A stretch of DNA of 64,000 bases from Pseudomonadota bacterium (GTDB taxonomy: Bacteria > Pseudomonadota > Alphaproteobacteria > Sphingomonadales > SMXR01), in the NCBI GenBank assembly GCA_022566895.1, contig JADFIA010000003.1:6481-70480 (forward strand), given 5' to 3'. Position numbers and translations under genes: made by a program. The notes beneath the pieces were generated by a model that was not told the origin of the DNA, searched no databases, and saw only the letters and a list, made by a program, of their open reading frames with translations. Of the stretch, positions 40,104 through 48,681 are shown piece after piece; position 1 is the first letter of the stretch, and each line of letters opens with the position of its first letter.

Positions 40104-40118
40104 GAACAAAACAAGAAC
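40104..40118 (+). promoter_or_regulatory. alphaproteobacterial-type LexA (SOS) box upstream of imuA
   Basis: Perfect direct repeat GAAC-AAAACAA-GAAC, ending 35 nt before the imuA ATG. It sits between a TTGTGT -35-like hexamer and an AATATT -10-like hexamer. Confidence 0.7.
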
Positions 40119-40152
40119 AATATTCAAGACCGAGTCGCCAAGCCGAGGGTCC

Positions 40153-40980
40153 ATGTCACCTCAAGAAACACATGATTTTTTACGCCGCCGCATCGCCGAG
40201 ATCGAGGACCGGCCGCTGCAACTGGCGCAAACCGAAGAAGAAATAACCGCCCTGCCGCGCTGGCACTTCGGCCTCGAGGAGGTTGACCGGGTGCTCCCCA
40301 ACGGGGCGCTTTTGTTTGCGGCGCTTCATGAAGTCGAAGCCAAGACCCATCAGGACCTGCCGGCGGCTTCCGGTTTTTGCGTAGCGCTCCTGACCCGCCT
40401 GCTGGCCAGCCTGAAGCGCAGCGGTCGGCAGACCATCTTGTGGTGCACCCGGGCTCATGAGGAGCGCGAATTCGGGCCTCTCTACGGCCCCGGCCTTAAA
40501 GCCCTGGGGCTTGATCCCGAGCATCTTTTGATCGTCTCGCTGAGGCGCGAGCAAGAGGTGCTGTGGGCGATGGAGGAGGGCCTCTCGACCCCGCAGCTTG
40601 CCGGCGTAATCGGCGAGGTGGGGGCGGCCGGGCTGACGGCAACACGGCGGCTGCATCTGGCGGCCAGGAAGAGCGGTGTTCCGGCCCTTTTGCTGCGCCG
40701 CACAAAGGATCTTGTGCCGACCGCCGCCCGCACCCGCTGGCGCATCTCCGGGGCCACATCGGCGCCGCCGGCCTTCGACCCCAAGGCTCCGGGTGGCGCC
40801 AGGTGGCGGGTCGAACTGCTGCGCTGCCGTGGTGGCCGGCCCGAGGGCGCGCCAACCGACTGGACGCTGGAATGGAATCATGAGACGCATCGTTTCCATC
40901 TGGCTGCCCCGCTGGCCGATCGAGCGGCGCAACCGCGCCCGCAGACAAGCCGGATTATCGCGTTCCGCCAAGCCGGATAA
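40153..40980 (+). CDS. imuA: ImuA (RecA-fold SOS mutagenesis cassette protein)
   Basis: First gene of the imuA-imuB-dnaE2 order. Has the degenerate RecA/SulA-like core and a '...RWRVELLRCRGG...WTLEW' ending typical of ImuA. Confidence 0.8.
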   Translation: MSPQETHDFLRRRIAEIEDRPLQLAQTEEEITALPRWHFGLEEVDRVLPNGALLFAALHEVEAKTHQDLPAASGFCVALLTRLLASLKRSGRQTILWCTRAHEEREFGPLYGPGLKALGLDPEHLLIVSLRREQEVLWAMEEGLSTPQLAGVIGEVGAAGLTATRRLHLAARKSGVPALLLRRTKDLVPTAARTRWRISGATSAPPAFDPKAPGGARWRVELLRCRGGRPEGAPTDWTLEWNHETHRFHLAAPLADRAAQPRPQTSRIIAFRQAG

Positions 40981-42496
40981 TGCATCCCCCTTCGTTCTGA
41001 CGATCCGGGAAAAGAGTGCGTTGCGTCTTGCCAGCCTGAACGAGGCAGCCATAAAAGCCGGACTTTACGCCGGTATGACGCTGGCCGACGCCCGGGCCAT
41101 CGTGCCCGGACTTGCGGCCGCGCCCCTGAGTCCGGCGGCCGATAAAAAGGCGCTCAAGGCTCTGGCCCGCTGGTGCGGACGCTACAGTCCCTGGACGGCA
41201 ACCGACGGCGCGGACGGCATGGTCATGGACATTTCCGGCTGCGGCCACCTCTTCGGCGGCGATGCGGCGCTGCTGTCCGATCTCTCGCGGCGTCTCCGGG
41301 CCATGGGCCTGGCCCACCGCATCGGCCTCGGGGCAAGCCGCGGCGCGGCCTGGGCGGTGGCCCGTTACGGCGCCTTTAGGACCAAACCATGGATCATCCT
41401 TGCGGCCTGGGAAAAGGCCCGGGAGGCGGACGGCGAGACGGACGGAGAAGCGGCCGCCGCGGTCCTCTCACCGCTGCCGGTGGCGGCGCTGCGCCTTGAG
41501 CCTGCGATCTGCGAAATGCTGGGCCGTCTGGGCCTTAAGACCATCGGGGCTCTGATGGAAGTGCCCCGGTTGTTGCTTCAGCACCGTTTTCCTTCAAGGG
41601 CGCAAACGCAGGCGGTTCTTCTGCGCCTCGATCATCTCTCGGGTCAGCGGCCGGAACCGCTGGAGCCCCTGAGCCCGACGCCCCTTTTCCGGGCCCGCCA
41701 CGTCTTTCCCGAACCGGTCGAGGGGTTTGAGGCGATCGAGCCGGTGCTGGGCCAGCTGATCGAGGATATCTGTGTGCTTCTGGGGCGCCAGGGCAAGGGC
41801 GCCCGGCAGCTTGTCTTCGAGGCCTTTCACATGGATGGCCGCACCAGCCGCCTGACGGTCGGCACAGCGGCCGCAAGCCGCAATCCGACACATTTAAAGC
41901 GACTGTTCAGGGAGCCGGCGGCAAGGGTCGATTTTACGACCGGCGTCGACGAGGTTCTCTTGGCTTGCCTTGAGGCGCAAAGGTTGGAGGACGCCCAGGC
42001 CTCGCTGGTTGACGGCAGGGACGGGGCCGGGGAGGCGGCCCTGTTCGAACTTGCAGACCGGCTGGGCGGGCGTCTGGGGCCGCACCGGGTCGGCCATCTG
42101 GCCCCCTGTCAGAGCCACATCCCCGAGCGCGCCTGCCGCCGCCTGAGCGGCCTTGCGGCCTCGGGCATCTGGGCCTGCGACAAGCCGGGCGCGCCGGCCC
42201 GGCCCTTTCGCCTGTTCGAGCGCCCCGAAGCGATCGACGTGATGGCCGAGATTCCGGACGGGCCGCCCCTGCGCTTTCGCTGGCGCCGGGCCCTGGTGCA
42301 GGTAGCAAAGGCCGAGGGACCGGAGCGCATCACCCCCGAATGGTGGCGGGACAAAACCATGGCCGGCCAGTTGCGCGACTATTACCGGCTCGAGGATGGG
42401 GCCGGGCACCGTTTCTGGGTCTATCGGGACGGTCTGTTTGGGCAGGCGCCGCCCGGCCGTGGGCCGCGCTGGTATATGCACGGCCTGTTCGCCTGA
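40880..42496 (+). CDS. imuB: ImuB (catalytically inactive Y-family polymerase-like protein)
   Basis: Canonical N-terminus 'MRRIVSIWLPRWPIERR' at the ATG at 40880, with a Y-family palm/fingers-like region. Overlaps imuA by 101 nt. Confidence 0.85.
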   Translation: MRRIVSIWLPRWPIERRNRARRQAGLSRSAKPDNASPFVLTIREKSALRLASLNEAAIKAGLYAGMTLADARAIVPGLAAAPLSPAADKKALKALARWCGRYSPWTATDGADGMVMDISGCGHLFGGDAALLSDLSRRLRAMGLAHRIGLGASRGAAWAVARYGAFRTKPWIILAAWEKAREADGETDGEAAAAVLSPLPVAALRLEPAICEMLGRLGLKTIGALMEVPRLLLQHRFPSRAQTQAVLLRLDHLSGQRPEPLEPLSPTPLFRARHVFPEPVEGFEAIEPVLGQLIEDICVLLGRQGKGARQLVFEAFHMDGRTSRLTVGTAAASRNPTHLKRLFREPAARVDFTTGVDEVLLACLEAQRLEDAQASLVDGRDGAGEAALFELADRLGGRLGPHRVGHLAPCQSHIPERACRRLSGLAASGIWACDKPGAPARPFRLFERPEAIDVMAEIPDGPPLRFRWRRALVQVAKAEGPERITPEWWRDKTMAGQLRDYYRLEDGAGHRFWVYRDGLFGQAPPGRGPRWYMHGLFA

Positions 42497-42507
42497 TTGG
42501 AAAGCCG

Positions 42508-45500
42508 ATGCCGGATTACGCCGAATTGCAGGTCTGCACCAATTTCAGCTTCCTTCGCGGGGCCTCGCATCCTCACGAATTGGTACACACGGCCAAGGCG
42601 CTGGGGCTGCGGGCGATCGGCATCTGCGATCACAATTCTCTGGCCGGCGTGGTCCGGGCCCATGTGGCAGCCAAGGAAGAGGGCATGGAATTGCGGGTCG
42701 GGGCCCGGGTTAATCTCGAAGACGCGCCTTCGTTCCTCGTCTATCCGCGCGATAGAAACGCCTATGGGCGTCTCAGCCGGCTTTTGACCCTCGGCCAGCG
42801 GCGGGCCGAAAAGGGGAAATGCCAGCTGTTCCTTAAAGATCTTCAAGCCCACCGGGAAGGCCAGATTTTAATCGCGCTCGCGGCCCCGGACCCAGTTGTT
42901 TTCAAGTTTGAAGAAAACCTTAAGAAGGTAATACAAACTATTGATAATGATATATATTTAGCGATCAGTCATTACTATTCCGGCAATGATCGCAAGCGTA
43001 TTGCAACGCTTGCGGCGCTGGCTGGCCGGCTGGGGCTTCGAACTGTGGTCACCAACGATGTCCATGCCCACAGTCCGGACCGCAAACCATTGCAGGACGT
43101 CGTGAGCTGTATCCGCGAGGGCTGCACCCTCGAGACGGCCGGCCTGAAGCTCCTGGCCAACGGCGAGCGGCACCTCAAAAGCGGCGCCGAGATGGCGCGC
43201 CTGTTCAAGGGCTACGAAGCGGCGCTCGCTCGCACGGTGGAGATTGCAGAAGCAATTCAGTTTTCGCTCGATGAGCTGCGCTACAATTACCCGCACGAGC
43301 CGGTCCCCGAAGGCCGCACGGCGGATGGTTATTTGCGCCAATTAACCGAACAGGGTCTCGAACATCGCTTTCCGGACGGGGTACCGGCGAAGGTCCGCGA
43401 GATTGCCCAGCACGAACTGAGATTGATCGGGCAATTGTCCTACGCGCCTTATTTTCTGACCGTTTACGATATCGTCCGCTTTGCGAGAAGCCGCGGGATT
43501 CTTTGTCAGGGCCGCGGGTCGGCGGCCAATTCGGTGATTTGCTATGCGCTTGGCATCACCGCGGTCGACCCGACCGAGATCGATTTACTGTTCGAGCGCT
43601 TTATCAGCGCCGAGCGTAACGAACCGCCAGACATCGACGTTGATTTCGAACACGAGCGGCGCGAGGAGGTGATCCAGTATATCTATGCCCGTTATGGCCG
43701 CCACCGGGCCGCCCTGGCGGCGACCGTCGTTACCTACCGCTACCGCAGTGCGGTGCGCGAGGTCGGCAAGGTCTTAGGGCTTTCGGAAGATGCCACCGGG
43801 GCTCTGGCCGGCGCTGTCTGGGGTTGGTCGGGGGAGGGCTTCGGCGAGCGGGAGGTGCGCGAAGCCGGCTTCGACCCGACCGATCCGAACGTCCAACTGG
43901 TGCTCAAGCTGACCGAGGAGCTGATCAGGTTCCCGCGCCACCTGTCGCAGCATGTGGGTGGCTTTGTGCTCACCGAGACGCCCCTCTCGGAGGTCGTGCC
44001 GATCGGCAATGCGGCGATGGCCGACCGCACGGTCGTTGAATGGGACAAGGACGATCTCGACGCCCTCGGGATTCTCAAGATCGACGTCCTGGCCCTCGGC
44101 ATGCTGACCTGCATTCGCAAATGCTTCGATCTGGTGGATGCGCACTACGGCAAGCGGTTCAGCCTGGCCAGTGTGCCGCGCCAGGATACGGCGACCTACG
44201 ACATGCTGTGCAAGGCCGACTCGGTCGGTGTTTTCCAGGTTGAAAGCCGGGCCCAGATGAACATGCTGCCGCGCCTCAAGCCGCGCAGTTACTATGATCT
44301 GGTGATCGAAGTGGCGATCGTCCGCCCGGGGCCTATCCAGGGCGATATGGTGCACCCCTACCTGCGCCGCCGCTGCGGCGACGAGGCAGTGCATTACCCG
44401 GCCCCGGACCCGGCCTTCGGGCCGCCGGACGAGTTGCGCCGGGTGTTGCACAAGACCCTCGGCGTGCCGTTGTTCCAGGAGCAGGCCATGCGCATCGCCA
44501 TCGTCGCGGCCGGCTTCACGCCAGCCGAAGCCGATCAATTGCGGCGCGCCATGGCCACCTTCCGGCATCGCGGCATTATCAATCGCTTTCGCGACCGGCT
44601 GGTGAGCGGCATGACCCGGCGCGGCTACGACCAGGAATTCGCCAGCCGCTGCTTCAAACAGATCGAGGGCTTCGGCGAATACGGCTTTCCCGAATCGCAC
44701 GCCGCCAGCTTTGCGCTTCTGGTCTATGTCTCGGCCTGGCTGAAATGCCATTATCCGGCAGTCTTTGCCTGCGGGCTTTTAAACTCCCAGCCGATGGGCT
44801 TTTATGCTCCGGCCCAGATCGTCCGCGATGCTCGCGAGCACGGGGTCGAAGTGCACCCCCCCGATGTTAATTTGAGTGACTGGGACAGCCGCCTTGAAGC
44901 GGCCGCTGACAGTTGGAGCCTGCGCCTGGGCCTGCGGCAAGTCGGCGGATTGCGCCAGGACGAAGCCGACAAAATCGTCATGGCCCGTCAGAGCGCCATG
45001 GCCGGTCAGCAGGAATACCGCTCAATCGCCGAATTGCACCGCCGCTCGGGGGCCGGCCGGGCCAGCATCGAGAGGCTGGCCAATGCCGACGCTTATCGAT
45101 CGATGGGTCTCGACCGCCGCCAAGCCCTGTGGCAGGTGCGGGCCCTGCCGGATCAGGCGGCGCTGCCGTTGTTTGCGGCCAGCGAGGTCGAAGAGCAGGA
45201 GCCAGGCCCCGAGGTGACACTGCCGCGGATGCCGTTGCGTGAGCATGTGGTGAATGATTATCAGACCTTAAGACTGTCCCTAAAAGCCCATCCGGTGTCC
45301 TTTTTCCGAGAGGATTTCCGGGCTCGGCGGCTGCTCACGGCCATCGAAGTGGCAACGGCCAAGGATGGCCGGCGCATCCAAACCGCGGGTCTGGTGCTGG
45401 TGCGCCAACGGCCGGGCACCGCCAAGGGTGTGGTGTTCATGACCATTGAGGACGAGACCGGTATCGTCAATGTGATCGTCTGGCCCAAGGTCATGGAGCG

Positions 45501-45639
45501 CTTCCGAAAGGTGGTCATGACCAGCCGCCTGCTGCGGGTCCGCGGCAAGGTGCAGCGCACGGAGGATATTCTTCATCTGGTGGCCGAGGAGCTTGAAGAT
45601 CTCTCACCGCTTCTCCTGAGCCTGAGCGACGCAACGTGA
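42508..45639 (+). CDS. dnaE2: error-prone DNA polymerase DnaE2 (ImuC)
   Basis: PHP N-terminus 'YAELQVCTNFSFLRGASHPHELV', pol IIIalpha core 'GVFQVESRAQM' and an OB-fold C-terminus. Follows imuB by 11 nt. Confidence 0.9.
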   Translation: MPDYAELQVCTNFSFLRGASHPHELVHTAKALGLRAIGICDHNSLAGVVRAHVAAKEEGMELRVGARVNLEDAPSFLVYPRDRNAYGRLSRLLTLGQRRAEKGKCQLFLKDLQAHREGQILIALAAPDPVVFKFEENLKKVIQTIDNDIYLAISHYYSGNDRKRIATLAALAGRLGLRTVVTNDVHAHSPDRKPLQDVVSCIREGCTLETAGLKLLANGERHLKSGAEMARLFKGYEAALARTVEIAEAIQFSLDELRYNYPHEPVPEGRTADGYLRQLTEQGLEHRFPDGVPAKVREIAQHELRLIGQLSYAPYFLTVYDIVRFARSRGILCQGRGSAANSVICYALGITAVDPTEIDLLFERFISAERNEPPDIDVDFEHERREEVIQYIYARYGRHRAALAATVVTYRYRSAVREVGKVLGLSEDATGALAGAVWGWSGEGFGEREVREAGFDPTDPNVQLVLKLTEELIRFPRHLSQHVGGFVLTETPLSEVVPIGNAAMADRTVVEWDKDDLDALGILKIDVLALGMLTCIRKCFDLVDAHYGKRFSLASVPRQDTATYDMLCKADSVGVFQVESRAQMNMLPRLKPRSYYDLVIEVAIVRPGPIQGDMVHPYLRRRCGDEAVHYPAPDPAFGPPDELRRVLHKTLGVPLFQEQAMRIAIVAAGFTPAEADQLRRAMATFRHRGIINRFRDRLVSGMTRRGYDQEFASRCFKQIEGFGEYGFPESHAASFALLVYVSAWLKCHYPAVFACGLLNSQPMGFYAPAQIVRDAREHGVEVHPPDVNLSDWDSRLEAAADSWSLRLGLRQVGGLRQDEADKIVMARQSAMAGQQEYRSIAELHRRSGAGRASIERLANADAYRSMGLDRRQALWQVRALPDQAALPLFAASEVEEQEPGPEVTLPRMPLREHVVNDYQTLRLSLKAHPVSFFREDFRARRLLTAIEVATAKDGRRIQTAGLVLVRQRPGTAKGVVFMTIEDETGIVNVIVWPKVMERFRKVVMTSRLLRVRGKVQRTEDILHLVAEELEDLSPLLLSLSDAT

Positions 45640-45755
45640 TCAAAGAACCCCGTCCCCTGGCGGTCTCCTATCCGCCGCCGCCAACGGTTGGCCCACTGAC
45701 CCGCCGTCATCCGAGAAACGTGCGGATCATTCCCAAATCCCGCGATTTTCGATGA
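45597..45755 (+). other. out-of-frame (-1) stop-free extension encoding the DnaE2-type C-terminal tail
   Basis: 53 stop-free codons in the frame one nucleotide behind dnaE2: 'RSLTASPEPERRNVIKEPRPLAVSYPPPPTVGPLTRRHPRNVRIIPKSRDFR*'. The '...HPRNVRI.PKSRDF[HR]' ending is what I recall as the normal DnaE2 C-terminus. Confidence 0.5.
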
Positions 45756-45840
45756 AATACGTTTCTCATGCGGCCAAAGGCATTGTCTCAAGTCCCTTGG
45801 AACTGTAGATTGCTCGGCGGATAAGAGGAGGGATCAAGTG

Positions 45841-46707
45841 ATGATATCGAAAACATTTCGTGCGGCCCTGATCGGGCTCGCAAGTTTGGCGCTTGCCGCC
45901 TGCGGGGGCGAGGAAGAAACAGAAACTACCGAGACCACGGAAACTGAAACAACCGAACCGGCCACCGAAGCGCCTGAAGCAGCGATGGCCGAAACCGATG
46001 CCCTGGCCGAGATTTACCTGGCGGCGATCGAAAATCCGGCCCGGCCCGAGGCCGACGGCGAGCGCGACGAAGGCCGCAAGCCGGCCGAGGCCTTGGCCTT
46101 TTACGGTATCGAACCGGGCATGACAATTGTCGAACTGCACGCTGGCGGCGGCTACTTCACGCGCCTCTTGTCGACCGTGGTCGGCCCCGAGGGCAGTGTG
46201 GTTGCTCACAACAGCACAAGGGTCCAGGAAGCGGACCGGGCGAAACGTGAAGAAGCCTTCGAGGACTATGGCAACATCGCGTTTGTCTATGCCGATCCCA
46301 GCGAACTGGAAATGGCGGACGGCTCGGTCGATGTGGTCTTTTTGGGGCTGGTCTACCACCACTGGCATTATGCCGAAGCCGCGGGCGAGGAGCTGCCGCC
46401 TTTGGCTGTCGAGCGGCTGGCCAATGTTTACCGGATGCTCAAGCCGGGCGGCGTATTTGGCGTGATCGAACATATCTCGGCGGCTGACGCGACACGGGCG
46501 GCCAGCGCGGCTCTGCACAGGGTCCCGGCACCTACGACCGAAGCCGATATCACCGCAGCCGGATTTGTGCTCGAAGCCACCAGCGACATGCACACCTATC
46601 CGGATGACGATGTGACGCTGTTCTGGCGTGAAAATACGCCGCGCGGTCAAACCAACCGGCTGGTTCATCTCTACAGAAAGCCGCTCGAAGAACCGGCGGC
46701 CGAATAA
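45841..46707 (+). CDS. exported (lipoprotein) class I SAM-methyltransferase-fold protein
   Basis: Lipobox 'LALAAC', a Glu/Thr-rich linker and motif I-like 'IVELHAGGGYFT', with 'LKPGGVFGVIEH'. AAGAGGAGGG RBS. A GTG at 45838 is also possible. Confidence 0.7.
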   Translation: MISKTFRAALIGLASLALAACGGEEETETTETTETETTEPATEAPEAAMAETDALAEIYLAAIENPARPEADGERDEGRKPAEALAFYGIEPGMTIVELHAGGGYFTRLLSTVVGPEGSVVAHNSTRVQEADRAKREEAFEDYGNIAFVYADPSELEMADGSVDVVFLGLVYHHWHYAEAAGEELPPLAVERLANVYRMLKPGGVFGVIEHISAADATRAASAALHRVPAPTTEADITAAGFVLEATSDMHTYPDDDVTLFWRENTPRGQTNRLVHLYRKPLEEPAAE

Positions 46708-46761
46708 GATAAAAAATCGATTGAGGCGGCGTTGCGGCGCCGCCTCGTCTGAGGAAGTGTA

Positions 46762-47544
46762 ATGGAGAGAATAGCGGCATTTATTCTGTCGGTTGGGCTC
46801 GCCTTCAGCCCAGCGATCTGGGCGGCCGAGCAGTCGGAGGTCGAGCCCCATATCCAGGCGGCCATCGATAATCCGCAGCGCCCGGAAGCCGACCGGGCGC
46901 GCGACGCGGGGCGCAAGCCCGGAGAGGTTCTGTCGTTTGTTGGCCTGAGGCCCGGCTTGACCGTCCTCGACGTCTTTTCCGGCGGTGGTTACTACAGCGA
47001 GATTTTAAGCCACCTGCTTGGCCCGGACGGTCAGGTGATCGCCCATTACAACGAAGCCTATCAGATCTTTTCAGGAAAAGAGTTTGAGGCCCGCTACGCC
47101 GGCGATCGGCTGAGCAATGTCTGGACCTATAACTCGGAAGCCAACGAAATCGATCTCGATGAGGGATCGGTCGATGTGGCGGTCTTCATTCTCGGGTTCC
47201 ACGACATTTACTACAAACCCAAGGATGGCAACTGGCCAAGTATCGATGCGAAGCTGTTTATGGAGAATGTCTATCGGGCCCTGGCCCCGGCCGGCACCTT
47301 TGTGGTGGTCGATCATGCGGCGGTTGACGGCTCGACGAGCGAGACCGGGAATACAGTGCACCGCATCGATCAGGAAATCGTCATGTCGATTCTGACCGAA
47401 GTCGGTTTTGAATATGTGGGCTCCAGCGATGCTTTGAGACACCCCGAGGATGACCGCACATTGCTCGTCTTTGCGCCGTTCCTCAGGGGCAAGACCGATC
47501 GCTTTATCCTCAAGTTCCGCAAGCCAGAGGGCGGCAAGGAATAG
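46762..47544 (+). CDS. exported class I SAM-methyltransferase-fold protein (paralogue)
   Basis: Signal peptide 'FILSVGLAFSPAIWA'. Shares 'NP.RPEAD..RD.GRKP.E.L.F.G..PG' and 'VLDVFSGGGYYS' with the preceding gene. Confidence 0.7.
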   Translation: MERIAAFILSVGLAFSPAIWAAEQSEVEPHIQAAIDNPQRPEADRARDAGRKPGEVLSFVGLRPGLTVLDVFSGGGYYSEILSHLLGPDGQVIAHYNEAYQIFSGKEFEARYAGDRLSNVWTYNSEANEIDLDEGSVDVAVFILGFHDIYYKPKDGNWPSIDAKLFMENVYRALAPAGTFVVVDHAAVDGSTSETGNTVHRIDQEIVMSILTEVGFEYVGSSDALRHPEDDRTLLVFAPFLRGKTDRFILKFRKPEGGKE

Positions 47545-47555
47545 CCACCGATTCG

Positions 47556-48569
47556 CTAAAATTCGAGGATGGCTTTGCCGGCGCTCATGTTCAAAGCGTA
47601 GGTATCGACGGCGGCCGGGAAATCCTCAATCGCCGAGCGGCTTTGAATCTCAGTCTTGATCAGGCCGTCGCGAAACATCTTTTGCAGTTCCTTGGAACGG
47701 CGCAGAAGCCGCCAGAGGCCGAGTCTCTTGATATCGTAAGACAACCAAAAGCCCTCGATCTGGTCGCCGGCGAAGATCATATGTCCGACCGGGTAGCGGC
47801 CGCCGTAAAGATCATCCGGGTCGCGATGCAGGCGTCCGTAAACAATAACGGTCGAATGAGTCGGCATGGCCGTGAGCAACTGCGCCGTGGCCGGCCCGGC
47901 GATGCAATCGAAGGCCACCCGCGCCTTTTTTTCGTGCGCCGCCGCGTGGAGTTGCTTTTCGAAGTCGGAATCGGTGGACAGGAGCACGTGCTCGGCGCCG
48001 ATTGCAACGAGTGCCAGCCGCTGTTCCTCGCGCCGCACAATGGCGATCACATCGATTGCCCGGGGCTTGGCCATGCGGATCACAAGCCGGCCGACCTGGC
48101 TGGCCGCGGCGTTGACGATGACGGCTTGACTGCCCAGAGCGACCGCCCGGTCGAGCAGACCGAAAGCGGTGAAAGGATTGACGATAAAGGTCGCCGCCTG
48201 CTCGGGCGGGACTGCCTTATTGATTGGCATGCAGGTCTTGGCGCTGGCCAAGAGATACTCGGCCCAAACGCCTTCGCCTCCGGCGCTGGCCACCGCAACC
48301 CGCTTGCCCTTGAGCCGTCCGGCGAAAAATCCGCCGCCGGACTCGACAACTATGCCCGCCCCTTCAAAACCGGCCGCGGCTCCCCATTCCGGCGGCACGC
48401 CGTATTCGCCTTTCAAATAATGGAGATCCGAAGGATTGCAGGTTGCTGCTTCGATCTTGACCAACACCTCTCCGGGCCCCGGCGCCGGCCGTTCCTTGTC
48501 GGCCAGTTCGAGCCGCGCCGAAGGTGGCGCCTCCGGGTCCGCATTTTCTTTGGCGATCAAAGCTTTCAT
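47556..48569 (-). CDS. MDR-superfamily NAD(P)H-dependent oxidoreductase (quinone reductase-like)
   Basis: 'GEVLVKIEAATCNPSDL', 'GFEGAGIV' and Rossmann 'VNAAASQVGR'. GGAGAG RBS. Confidence 0.8.
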   Translation of the reverse strand: MKALIAKENADPEAPPSARLELADKERPAPGPGEVLVKIEAATCNPSDLHYLKGEYGVPPEWGAAAGFEGAGIVVESGGGFFAGRLKGKRVAVASAGGEGVWAEYLLASAKTCMPINKAVPPEQAATFIVNPFTAFGLLDRAVALGSQAVIVNAAASQVGRLVIRMAKPRAIDVIAIVRREEQRLALVAIGAEHVLLSTDSDFEKQLHAAAHEKKARVAFDCIAGPATAQLLTAMPTHSTVIVYGRLHRDPDDLYGGRYPVGHMIFAGDQIEGFWLSYDIKRLGLWRLLRRSKELQKMFRDGLIKTEIQSRSAIEDFPAAVDTYALNMSAGKAILEF

Positions 48570-48681
48570 TCAACTCTCCGGCCGCGAGGCATTTTCCGTG
48601 ACCTCATTTTAAGCCTATGGCTCCCGCCGAGCGATAGCAAGCATGGCCACGCAATTGCCGGATTTGCGGCTGCGGCAACCG

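Noticed and set aside
45910-45957. A repetitive gaa/acn stretch that looked like a tandem DNA repeat.
   Set aside because: It is in frame and simply encodes a Glu/Thr-rich lipoprotein linker. It is not a CRISPR or VNTR-like array.
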